Below the pieces are notes generated by a model that searched no databases, was not told the origin of the DNA, and saw only the letters and a program-made list of their open reading frames with translations. From assembly GCA_963796955.1 (NCBI GenBank), contig CAWCNJ010000007.1:32001-96000 (forward strand): a stretch of DNA of 64,000 nucleotides, written 5' to 3'. The first letter of the stretch is position 1, and each line of letters begins with the position of its first letter. Source of the stretch: Endomicrobiales bacterium (GTDB lineage: Bacteria; Elusimicrobiota; Endomicrobiia; Endomicrobiales; JALOBY01). The position numbers and the translations under genes were made by a program. This document shows positions 56,232 through 64,000 of this stretch, in pieces.

Positions 56232-57269
56232 ATGAGAAGAGTCCTCTATCCGTTCTCGCTGGTGTACATTTTCATTAATATGCTGGTGAGCCGCCTTACA
56301 AAACGCCGCAGGGTTCACGCGCCGGTGGTCAGCGTCGGCAATGTCACGTGGGGCGGCACCGGAAAAACCCCGGTCGTGATCAGCGTGGTCAAAGAGCTGC
56401 AAGGCCGCGGATTGAAGGTGGCGGTGCTGACCCGCGGTTACTTCCGCAAGGCGGGCACCAAAAAGATTGAGGTGGTCTCCGACGGCAAGAATATACTCTC
56501 CACGATCTCTCTTTCCGGCGACGAGCCCATGCTTTTGGCTCAGTCGTTGCCCGGGGCGATCGTGATAGTCGGCAGCGACCGTTTTGCCGCCGCTACCCAT
56601 GCCGCTGAGAAATTCTCGCCCGATGTCTTTGTGCTGGACGACGCTTTTCAACACTGGCGTATGCACCGGGACCTGGATATTGTCTGCGTGAACGCCCTTA
56701 ATCCTTTCGGGAACGGCCTGCGCATACCGGCCGGCATCCTGCGGGAGCACCCTGCCGCGCTCAAGCGGGCGGGGCTGGTTATCATGACCAATTGCGACAG
56801 GGCGAGCGATACCGCGGTTGCCGATCTTGAAAAACGCCTGGCATCGTATACCTCAACGCCCGTTATTCGCAGCGGGTACCGCACTGCCGGCATGCGCAGG
56901 ATCATCGACGGAGCGTTCTATCCGGTCTCTAAATTCGAGGGGCGTTGGGCAGTGGCGGTTTCGGGCATAGCTGAAAATAAGTCATTCCTGCGATCGCTTG
57001 AAAAGCTTAATATTGATATGATAAGGCATTACGCCTTTCGCGATCATCACTGGTACACCCGCAAAGAGCTGGATGATATTGTGCTGCATCATCTGGACAA
57101 ATACCCGGTGTTGACCACGGCGAAAGACGCCGTTCGCCTTAAAGACGCGATCGCCGCGCTGCGTGCGGAAGACGCCGAGCGCTTTTTCGCCCTGGAAATA
57201 GAGATACAAATAACGAACGGAGAAAGCCATTGGCACGACGCATTGAAAAAAATCGCGCCGTCTTCATAG
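56232..57269 (+). CDS. lpxK: Tetraacyldisaccharide 4'-kinase
   Basis: VGNVTWGGTGKTP, TRGY, GDEP, LDDAFQH, PAGILRE, FRDHH, TTAKD. Confidence 0.95.
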   Translation: MRRVLYPFSLVYIFINMLVSRLTKRRRVHAPVVSVGNVTWGGTGKTPVVISVVKELQGRGLKVAVLTRGYFRKAGTKKIEVVSDGKNILSTISLSGDEPMLLAQSLPGAIVIVGSDRFAAATHAAEKFSPDVFVLDDAFQHWRMHRDLDIVCVNALNPFGNGLRIPAGILREHPAALKRAGLVIMTNCDRASDTAVADLEKRLASYTSTPVIRSGYRTAGMRRIIDGAFYPVSKFEGRWAVAVSGIAENKSFLRSLEKLNIDMIRHYAFRDHHWYTRKELDDIVLHHLDKYPVLTTAKDAVRLKDAIAALRAEDAERFFALEIEIQITNGESHWHDALKKIAPSS

Positions 57270-57814
57270 ACCGCGACGGTACCCTTATCCGGGAAAAGCA
57301 TTACCTGCATACGCCTGAGCAGGTGCGCTTTATCAAGGGCTCTATCGAAGCTATGAAAGAGTTGCGGCAACACGGCTTTAAACTGGTGATGGTGACAAAT
57401 CAATCCGGGATAGGCCGCGGCTATTATACGGTAGAGGATATGCATAAAGTCCACGCCTACATTCAGAAAGTCCTGAAAAAAGACGGGGCGGCTTTCGATA
57501 AAATATATTTTTGCCCGCATAACCCAGCGCAGTCCTGTACGTGCAGAAAACCGGCGCTCGGTATGGTGAAAGAAGCGGAGAAGGCGCTGTTGCTGGACCT
57601 GAAAAGCTCATTTGTCGTAGGAGACCACGCCAATGATTTTGTTCTGGCGCAGCGCATGGGCGGTACCGGTATCATGGTTACCACCGGGCACGGCGCGCAG
57701 GAGTACCGGGATAAGATACAAACTAAAAAAATAGATCATGTTCCAGACAAGATAGTGAAGAATCTGCCCGCCGCAGCCAGGTGGATAATTTCCTTGTCAG
57801 AACGGGGGAAGTAA
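57230..57814 (+). CDS. gmhB: Heptose 1,7-bisphosphate phosphatase
   Basis: FIDRDGTL, VTNQSGIGRG, CPH..CTCRKP, VGD. Confidence 0.92.
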   Translation: MARRIEKNRAVFIDRDGTLIREKHYLHTPEQVRFIKGSIEAMKELRQHGFKLVMVTNQSGIGRGYYTVEDMHKVHAYIQKVLKKDGAAFDKIYFCPHNPAQSCTCRKPALGMVKEAEKALLLDLKSSFVVGDHANDFVLAQRMGGTGIMVTTGHGAQEYRDKIQTKKIDHVPDKIVKNLPAAARWIISLSERGK

Positions 57815-57815
57815 T

Positions 57816-58580
57816 ATGCGCAGGGGGATGCTGCTGATTTTATTGTTGTGTACGGTGCCGCTGGCCGCCGGTGTTGCCTGGCGTCAGGAAAAGAACGCCG
57901 CTTTCTCCGACAAGGAGCATCTGGTTTTCTCGGTCCATTGGCAATTTATTACGGTCGGCAGTGCGGTCATGGATGTGCGGGGCATCGAGGAAGTGCGCGG
58001 CAGGCCGTGCTACCATATTGTCACCGAGGCCTCTACGTCGTCGTTCTTTGATGCGTTTTATAAAGTGCGGGATAAAAATGAATCGTTCATGGATACGCAG
58101 TCCTTGTCCTCACTGCGGTATGTATCCCATATTTGCGAGGGCAAGTATTGCAGCCAGGAGACCATCGAACTTTTTGGGGACACCGGCCGCTACGAGATCG
58201 CGGTCTCCACAAAATGCGGCCCGACTTCACCCTGGGTACAGGATGTACTTTCGGCTCTTTACTATTTGCGTACCAGGCAGCTGGAACCTGAGAGAACCTA
58301 TTCTATAGACGCTCAATCCGGCGATAAAACATGGCCGCTTACCGTAAAGGTCCTGGGCCGCGCAAAGGTGCATGTTCCGGCCGGCCGGTTCGACTGCGTG
58401 GTGGTGGAACCGAAATTGCGGGAAGGCGCGGGTATATTCAAGGCGCAGGGCAAGCTGACGGTCTGGCTTACCGATGATGCGCGCCATATGCCGGTGCTGA
58501 TGCGTTCCAAAATAGCGATCGGCGCCATAGAAGCTGAATTGACGGAATCGGAGGCTACGAATGGCAGCAAAACGAATTGA
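57816..58580 (+). CDS. DUF3108 family protein
   Basis: Signal peptide; FYKVRD, QDVLSALYYLR, VPAGRFDC, WLTDD..HMPV. Confidence 0.8.
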   Translation: MRRGMLLILLLCTVPLAAGVAWRQEKNAAFSDKEHLVFSVHWQFITVGSAVMDVRGIEEVRGRPCYHIVTEASTSSFFDAFYKVRDKNESFMDTQSLSSLRYVSHICEGKYCSQETIELFGDTGRYEIAVSTKCGPTSPWVQDVLSALYYLRTRQLEPERTYSIDAQSGDKTWPLTVKVLGRAKVHVPAGRFDCVVVEPKLREGAGIFKAQGKLTVWLTDDARHMPVLMRSKIAIGAIEAELTESEATNGSKTN

Positions 58581-59535
58581 TCTTTCCAGGATAAAAACGG
58601 TCCCGTTGTGCAGCCGGCCCGCGAAAGTGGATAAAAAGCTGTTCGCAAAACCTGTTCTTAAAAAAACCCTTTCTTTCGCTGATCTGTGGTCCGCCGTTCC
58701 GGGGATACTCGCTGGTAAAAGCATACGTAATTTGGTAGAATCTATCATTAAAGCGCGCGCTAAAAAAAAGCCGGTTTTGTTCGCGTTCGGCGCTCATGTG
58801 ATAAAGTGCGGCCTTTCTCCGCTGGTGATAGATCTTTGCAAACGAGGCTTTATCACCCATTTGGCCACGAACGGCGCTTCAACGGTGCATGATTTCGAAC
58901 TGGCATATGCCGGTAACACCAGCGAAGATGTGGCGGTCCGCCTGCAGGACGGCACGTTCGGCATGACCAGGGAAACCGGGGCTTTCGTCAATAATGCGGC
59001 GAACATAGCGGCGACGGAGAACACCGGTGTCGGCTTTGTGCTGGGGCGGGAGATCGAGGACCGGAAACTTCCGAACCGCTCTGTCAGCATATTCGCGCAG
59101 GCGTATAAACTCGGCATTCCGGCAACCGTGCACGTCGCGATCGGGACCGACATTGTCTGTCAGCATCCGCAATATGACGGCGCGGCCTGGGGAAAGGCAA
59201 GCCACGGAGATTTTCAGCGTTTCGCCGAAACCGTTTCCTATATGGGCAACGGCGGTGTCATGATAAATTTCGGCAGCGCGGTGATAATCCCCGAGGTTTT
59301 TTTGAAAGCTCTGACGGTAGCCCGGAACCTTGGGTATGATGTTAAGGACCTTACCACGGCGAATTTTGACATGATACGGCAGTACCGGCCACAGGAAAAT
59401 ATTATTTACCGCCCCACGATGAAAGGCGGCCAGGGTTTGAATTTCATCGGTCAGCACGAGATAATGCTGCCGTTGTTGTATTGCGCTCTTATTAACGGCA
59501 AGACCGGAGTCCGGAGTCCGAAGTCCGGAGTTTAA
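58561..59535 (+). CDS. Deoxyhypusine-synthase-like hypothetical protein
   Basis: GAHVIKCGL, ATNGA..HDFE, GTFGM, TVHVAIGTDI, GSAVIIPEVFLKAL, GQHE. Confidence 0.65.
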   Translation: MAAKRIDLSRIKTVPLCSRPAKVDKKLFAKPVLKKTLSFADLWSAVPGILAGKSIRNLVESIIKARAKKKPVLFAFGAHVIKCGLSPLVIDLCKRGFITHLATNGASTVHDFELAYAGNTSEDVAVRLQDGTFGMTRETGAFVNNAANIAATENTGVGFVLGREIEDRKLPNRSVSIFAQAYKLGIPATVHVAIGTDIVCQHPQYDGAAWGKASHGDFQRFAETVSYMGNGGVMINFGSAVIIPEVFLKALTVARNLGYDVKDLTTANFDMIRQYRPQENIIYRPTMKGGQGLNFIGQHEIMLPLLYCALINGKTGVRSPKSGV

Positions 59536-59573
59536 GTCTTGCTCACCGGTCTCCGGTCTCCGGACTCCGGACT
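59504..59573. repeat. Inverted pair of heptamer arrays
   Basis: (CCGGAGT)x~4, spacer, then reverse-complement-like (ACTCCGG/TCTCCGG) units. Confidence 0.8.
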
Positions 59574-59591
59574 AATAATACAGGAGAACTA

Positions 59592-60578
59592 ATGAAGCCC
59601 TTGTTATCATTGATCCCGCGATTCCCTAAACAAAAAATATTGGTTGTAGGCGATTTTATGATAGACAAGTTCGTGTGGGGTAAGGTGTCCCGCATCTCCC
59701 CGGAAGCCCCCGTTCCGGTCGTAGAAGTTACCAGTGAAACTTACGCGCTGGGCGGCGCGGGCAACGTGGCGAATAACCTCACTTCTCTTGGCGCCCAGGT
59801 TTATTGCGTCGGCGTTCTCGGTGAAGACTCGGAAGGTACCTATCTTCGTAACGCCCTGAAGGCCCAGCATATTAACGCGGACCATGGCTCTCTCGTGAGC
59901 GATCCCACGCGGCCCACCATAATCAAGACCCGCATCATCGCGTCCCAGCAGCAGGTGGTGCGCGTCGATAAAGAGCTGAAAGGCAATTTCACCGCTGAAA
60001 TAATTAAAAAACTCGTCGCGAATGTGGAAGCGATAATACCGGAAGTGAACGCCGTGATCATTTCCGATTACGGCAAAGGCGTCATAAACCTGCCGGTGCT
60101 GAAACGTGCCATTACCCTGGCGCATAAATACAAGATACCCGTGACCGTAGATCCAAAGATAGAACATTTCATGAATTACAAAGGCGTAACCTGCATAACC
60201 CCTAACATGAAGGAAGCCCTGGAGGGCATGCGGACGGTTGACGCCCCCACCGAGGAAGACGTACGGGAACTGGGAAGAAGGATATTGAAAAAATTACGCT
60301 CGGAGTCGGTGCTGATAACGCGCAGTGAAAAGGGGATGACGCTTTTTCAGCAGGGCAAGATCACGCACATCCCGACCAGGGCCCGGGAAGTTTTCGATGT
60401 TACCGGCGCCGGCGATACGGTGATATCCGTTTTCACACTGGCGTTGTCCTGCGGGGCGACGTTGGTGATGGCCGCGGAGATAGCGAATTTTGCAGCCGGC
60501 GTCGTCGTGGGAAAGCTGGGGACCGCGCCTATCACCCCTGAAGAATTGAAACACGCGATCATTAATTTCAAAGGCTGA
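59592..60578 (+). CDS. rfaE1: Heptose-7-phosphate kinase (RfaE domain I)
   Basis: RISPEAPVPV, GGAGNVA, ISDYGKG, ITPN, VFDVTGAGDT; no adenylyltransferase domain. Confidence 0.93.
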   Translation: MKPLLSLIPRFPKQKILVVGDFMIDKFVWGKVSRISPEAPVPVVEVTSETYALGGAGNVANNLTSLGAQVYCVGVLGEDSEGTYLRNALKAQHINADHGSLVSDPTRPTIIKTRIIASQQQVVRVDKELKGNFTAEIIKKLVANVEAIIPEVNAVIISDYGKGVINLPVLKRAITLAHKYKIPVTVDPKIEHFMNYKGVTCITPNMKEALEGMRTVDAPTEEDVRELGRRILKKLRSESVLITRSEKGMTLFQQGKITHIPTRAREVFDVTGAGDTVISVFTLALSCGATLVMAAEIANFAAGVVVGKLGTAPITPEELKHAIINFKG

Positions 60579-60584
60579 CACGAA

Positions 60585-61316
60585 ATGCGAACAGTAGGCG
60601 TCATCCCGGCCCGTTACCAGTCCAGCCGATTTCCCGGCAAGCCGCTGGTTATGATCAGCGGCAAGATGTTGATACAGCGCGTCTGGGAACAATCCCGCAA
60701 GGCGAAAGAGCTGGATGACGTGATCATTGCGACCGATGACCCGCGCATACAGACCGCCGCCGAGTCTTTCGGTGCCCGTGTGGTCTTGACCCCGGTTGAG
60801 TGTAACAGCGGCACCGACCGCCTCGCGCAAGTAGCGGTATCCGCTGAGGCGGGCGCCGGCTATTTTGTGAACATCCAGGGCGATGAACCGCTTATTTCGC
60901 CGGGGCTCATAGACGATCTGGTGATAGCATTAAAAGCCGAACGCAGGGCGGCGGTCGTGACGGCCTGCTATCCGCTTGATAACGATCTCGCCGGAGATCC
61001 GAATATCTGCAAAGTGGCGCTGGATGAACGTGATTTCGCTTTGCTGTTCTCGCGCTGTCCGATACCCTTCGCGCGCACAAAATTCCATGCGGGCTACCTG
61101 AAGCACCTGGGTATATACGCCTATCGCCGTAAACAGCTGCTGCAATTTACAAAGTACCTGCAGACCCCGCTGGAGATCGCAGAGTCGCTGGAACAGCTTC
61201 GCTTCCTGGAAAAAGGAATGAAGATCAAGGTTATCCGTTCCGAACATGATTCCTTCGGTGTTGATGTACCTGAGGATATTAAAAAGATCGAAGAAAAACT
61301 TCAAAATATAAACTGA
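60585..61316 (+). CDS. kdsB: CMP-Kdo synthetase
   Basis: [42 protein letters not shown]. Confidence 0.96.
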   Translation: MRTVGVIPARYQSSRFPGKPLVMISGKMLIQRVWEQSRKAKELDDVIIATDDPRIQTAAESFGARVVLTPVECNSGTDRLAQVAVSAEAGAGYFVNIQGDEPLISPGLIDDLVIALKAERRAAVVTACYPLDNDLAGDPNICKVALDERDFALLFSRCPIPFARTKFHAGYLKHLGIYAYRRKQLLQFTKYLQTPLEIAESLEQLRFLEKGMKIKVIRSEHDSFGVDVPEDIKKIEEKLQNIN

Positions 61317-61348
61317 CGGACAATGGGGTCCGTCTCGAAAAAAGGATC

Positions 61349-62992
61349 ATGAAAATGGCAAAAAAGATGAAGGCGGCGAAGAAGCATCCTACTAAATTTA
61401 TTTTTGTGACGGGCGGCGTGGTGTCGTCTCTGGGAAAAGGCATCACGGCGGCCTCTATCGGTACGCTTTTGAAGGCGCGCGGATTGAAGGTTAACGTCTT
61501 GAAATGCGACCCCTATCTTAACGTGGACCCGGGCACGATGTCACCGTATCAGCACGGAGAGGTTTTCGTAACTGCCGACGGAGCTGAGACAGATCTGGAT
61601 CTGGGGCACTATGAACGGTTCATTGATATCGAAACGAAACGCGGCAATAACATAACCGCCGGCAAAGTGTACGAGAATGTTTTGAGCGCTGAACGCCGCG
61701 GCGATTACCTGGGCAAAACCGTGCAGGTGGTACCGCACATTACGAACGAGATAAAAAAACATATCAGGGTTTTGGCCGATGATAACGATATAGTTATCGT
61801 TGAGATCGGCGGCACCGTCGGTGACATCGAAAGCCTGCCGTTCCTTGAGGCGATCAGACAGTTCCGCCTTGAAATGGGGCGCGATAACGTGCTTTTCATT
61901 CAAGTTACGCTGGTGCCGTATATCAGGGCTGCCGGCGAGATGAAGACAAAACCGACCCAGCACGGCGTTATGAAACTGCGCGAGATCGGTATAGAACCCT
62001 CGATACTGATCTGCCGCATGGAAAAACCTCTGACCGAGGACCTGAAAGCGAAGCTGGCCATGTTCTGCAACGTGGAGCATCGCGCGGTTATCGATGAGTG
62101 CGATGTGGGAACATCCATTTATGAAGTGCCCCTGCTGCTGCGCAACCAGAAACTTGACGACCTGGTGCTTGAGTATCTGCACATGGATGCACCGGAAGCG
62201 GATATGAAAGACTGGGAAGAAATGGTGCACCGCTGTCGTTTCCCGAAACACAAGGTTACCATCGCGGTCGCCGGCAAGTATACCGAGCTGAAGGATGCCT
62301 ACAAGAGCATCTGGGAAGCGATAACCCACGGCGGTGTCGCGAACAATGCTTCCGTCGACATCGTGTATCAGGATGTGGAAAGCGAGACGCTGGAAGAAGA
62401 CCTTTCGAAAGTCGACGGTATATTGGTTCCGGGCGGTTTCGGCGACCGCGGCATAGAAGGAAAGATACAGGCCATTAAATACGCCCGCGAGCACAACGTG
62501 CCGTTCTTCGGTGTTTGTCTTGGCATGCAGTGCGCCGTTATAGAGTTCGCACGGAACGTGCTGGGCCTTAAGGACGCCCACTCGTCGGAGTTCAATCCTA
62601 AGACGAAAAACCCCATCATCTACTGGATGGCCGGCCAGAAGGATATCAAGAATATGGGCGGCACGATGCGCCTGGGAAGCTATCTCTGCTCACTGGTGAA
62701 GAATTCTACCGCCAGGGCGGCCTACCGGCGAGATAAGATCAAAGAGCGCCACCGTCACCGTTATGAGTTCAACAATAAATATCGCAAACAGGTTGAAGCC
62801 AACGGTCTCTCCGTCTCGGGCGTAAATCCCGAACAGAACCTGGTGGAGATCGTGGAGCTGAAAAAGCACCCGTGGTTCGTGGGTGTGCAGTTCCATCCGG
62901 AGTTCCAGTCCCGCCCGACGCGCCCGCACCCTTTGTTCCGTGACTTCGTCAGCGCCGCGCTGGTTAACCGTCTCAACAAGGAGAGCCAGTGA
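61349..62992 (+). CDS. pyrG: CTP synthase
   Basis: [51 protein letters not shown]. Confidence 0.98.
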   Translation: MKMAKKMKAAKKHPTKFIFVTGGVVSSLGKGITAASIGTLLKARGLKVNVLKCDPYLNVDPGTMSPYQHGEVFVTADGAETDLDLGHYERFIDIETKRGNNITAGKVYENVLSAERRGDYLGKTVQVVPHITNEIKKHIRVLADDNDIVIVEIGGTVGDIESLPFLEAIRQFRLEMGRDNVLFIQVTLVPYIRAAGEMKTKPTQHGVMKLREIGIEPSILICRMEKPLTEDLKAKLAMFCNVEHRAVIDECDVGTSIYEVPLLLRNQKLDDLVLEYLHMDAPEADMKDWEEMVHRCRFPKHKVTIAVAGKYTELKDAYKSIWEAITHGGVANNASVDIVYQDVESETLEEDLSKVDGILVPGGFGDRGIEGKIQAIKYAREHNVPFFGVCLGMQCAVIEFARNVLGLKDAHSSEFNPKTKNPIIYWMAGQKDIKNMGGTMRLGSYLCSLVKNSTARAAYRRDKIKERHRHRYEFNNKYRKQVEANGLSVSGVNPEQNLVEIVELKKHPWFVGVQFHPEFQSRPTRPHPLFRDFVSAALVNRLNKESQ

Positions 62993-63819
62993 ACCGTATC
63001 GTCGATATTGATAAGCATGCCGTTGCATTCGCCAATGACCGCGCTTTGACCCTGATCGCGGGTCCCTGCGTGATGGAAACTGAAAAGGCGACCCTGGCCA
63101 TTGCGCGCGATCTTTTGGAGATGACCAGCAAGATCGGCATTCCTCTGGTGTTCAAAGCCTCGTATGATAAGGCTAACCGTACCTCCGGCAGCTCCTTCCG
63201 GGGCCTGGGCATGAAAAAGGGTATGGCGATCCTGGAAAAAGTGCGCACAGAGTATGATATACCCGTGCTGACCGATGTGCATACCGTCGAAGAAGCGGTA
63301 GAAGCGGCGAAGACCGTTGATATCCTGCAGGTGCCGGCGTTCCTCTGCCGGCAAACCGACCTGCTGATCGCCTGCGCAAAGACGGGGCGCGCCGTCAATA
63401 TCAAAAAAGGTCAGTTCATGGCGCCGGGAGATATGGCGCACGCGGCCGCAAAGATCACCGCCAACGGCAATAAAAAAGTGATGATCACGGAACGCGGCAC
63501 GACCTTCGGCTACAACGATCTGGTCGTTGATATGCGCGGCCTGGAAATAATGAAGCAGTCCGGCATACCCGTTATCTTTGACGCGACCCATTCAGTGCAG
63601 ACGCCGGGCGGTATGAACGGTTCCAGCGGCGGCAGGCGCGAATTCATCATGCCGCTTGCCTCTGCAGCGGTGGCTCTGGGGATAGCCGGTTTGTTCCTGG
63701 AAGTCCATCCGAATCCCGACAAAGCGCTTTCTGACGGTCCTAATTCTGTGACCTTGAAGGATCTGCCTAAGATGCTGAAAAAACTGGCCGCGATAGATAA
63801 ATTGGTAAAACAACAGTAG
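62989..63819 (+). CDS. kdsA: KDO8P synthase
   Basis: [50 protein letters not shown]. Confidence 0.97.
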   Translation: MNRIVDIDKHAVAFANDRALTLIAGPCVMETEKATLAIARDLLEMTSKIGIPLVFKASYDKANRTSGSSFRGLGMKKGMAILEKVRTEYDIPVLTDVHTVEEAVEAAKTVDILQVPAFLCRQTDLLIACAKTGRAVNIKKGQFMAPGDMAHAAAKITANGNKKVMITERGTTFGYNDLVVDMRGLEIMKQSGIPVIFDATHSVQTPGGMNGSSGGRREFIMPLASAAVALGIAGLFLEVHPNPDKALSDGPNSVTLKDLPKMLKKLAAIDKLVKQQ

Positions 63820-63871
63820 TCCCCGCTCAGCGGGATTTCGCGAATATGGATAAGTTCAGGAGGAGCTCAAG

Positions 63872-64000
63872 ATGAAATGCGTAAAATGCCAGACTGAAAA
63901 TAAAGAGGCCGCAAAGAACTGTAAAAAGTGCGGCAGTGAATTAGCGGTGGTGCCTCTGTGGCGGCCGACATTAAAATGGCATCTGACCGTGCTGGGCGGC
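63872..64000 (+). CDS. Zinc-ribbon membrane protein, 3'-truncated by the window edge
   Basis: AGGAGGAG RBS; MKCVKCQTENKEAAKNCKKCGSEL followed by the start of a hydrophobic segment. Confidence 0.7.
   Translation, partial: MKCVKCQTENKEAAKNCKKCGSELAVVPLWRPTLKWHLTVLGG

Noticed and set aside
61315..61334. Hairpin GACGGAC/GTCCGTC between kdsB and pyrG
   Set aside because: No T-tract on the + strand; too little support to call a terminator or attenuator.
61541..63591. Long minus-strand ORFs (346 aa, 276 aa) and similar antisense ORFs across the window
   Set aside because: They shadow well-supported + strand genes, as expected from codon bias.

Overview
Bacterial chromosomal window; every credible gene is on the + strand. 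The gene content (PorV-like barrel, paired O-antigen-ligase/TPR proteins, giant secreted protein) suggests Elusimicrobiota or a similar lineage; this is inference only. Bases 1980-30483 hold two giant ORFs (2558 and 6919 aa) that probably form one ~9,500-aa gene split by a single frameshift near 9631-9653. After a signal peptide, a module recurs three times: helical pre-domain + C39-like cysteine peptidase + a double-glycine-leader-like motif in cis. Two copies keep Cys/His/Asp and an L-x7-I-x-GA motif; the first has lost both. Each module is followed by a different cargo: a Pro-rich linker; an alpha-solenoid; and a very large cargo with membrane-insertion segments, beta and Pro-rich repeats, an embedded SecA-like SF2 ATPase, a ~500-aa duplication and a possible pseudokinase. 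I read this as a candidate self-processing, possibly self-translocating polyprotein. Next come a terminator, tRNA-Thr(CGT), a PorV-like gene, a methyltransferase, two O-antigen-ligase/TPR genes, yebC-ruvCAB-queH-spoIID-queA-tgt-HEAT-yajC-secDF, and a Kdo/heptose LPS operon (waaA, DUF374-GT9 fusion, GT9s, lpxK, gmhB, rfaE1, kdsB, pyrG, kdsA). Six single-base frameshifts between 38.9 and 47.2 kb look like sequence errors. Non-coding oddities are two long nested hairpins before queA, an in-frame palindromic insertion in queA, and three ~107-bp palindromic repeats delimiting a DUF559 endonuclease cassette. All family calls come from motif recognition by eye, not database searches.
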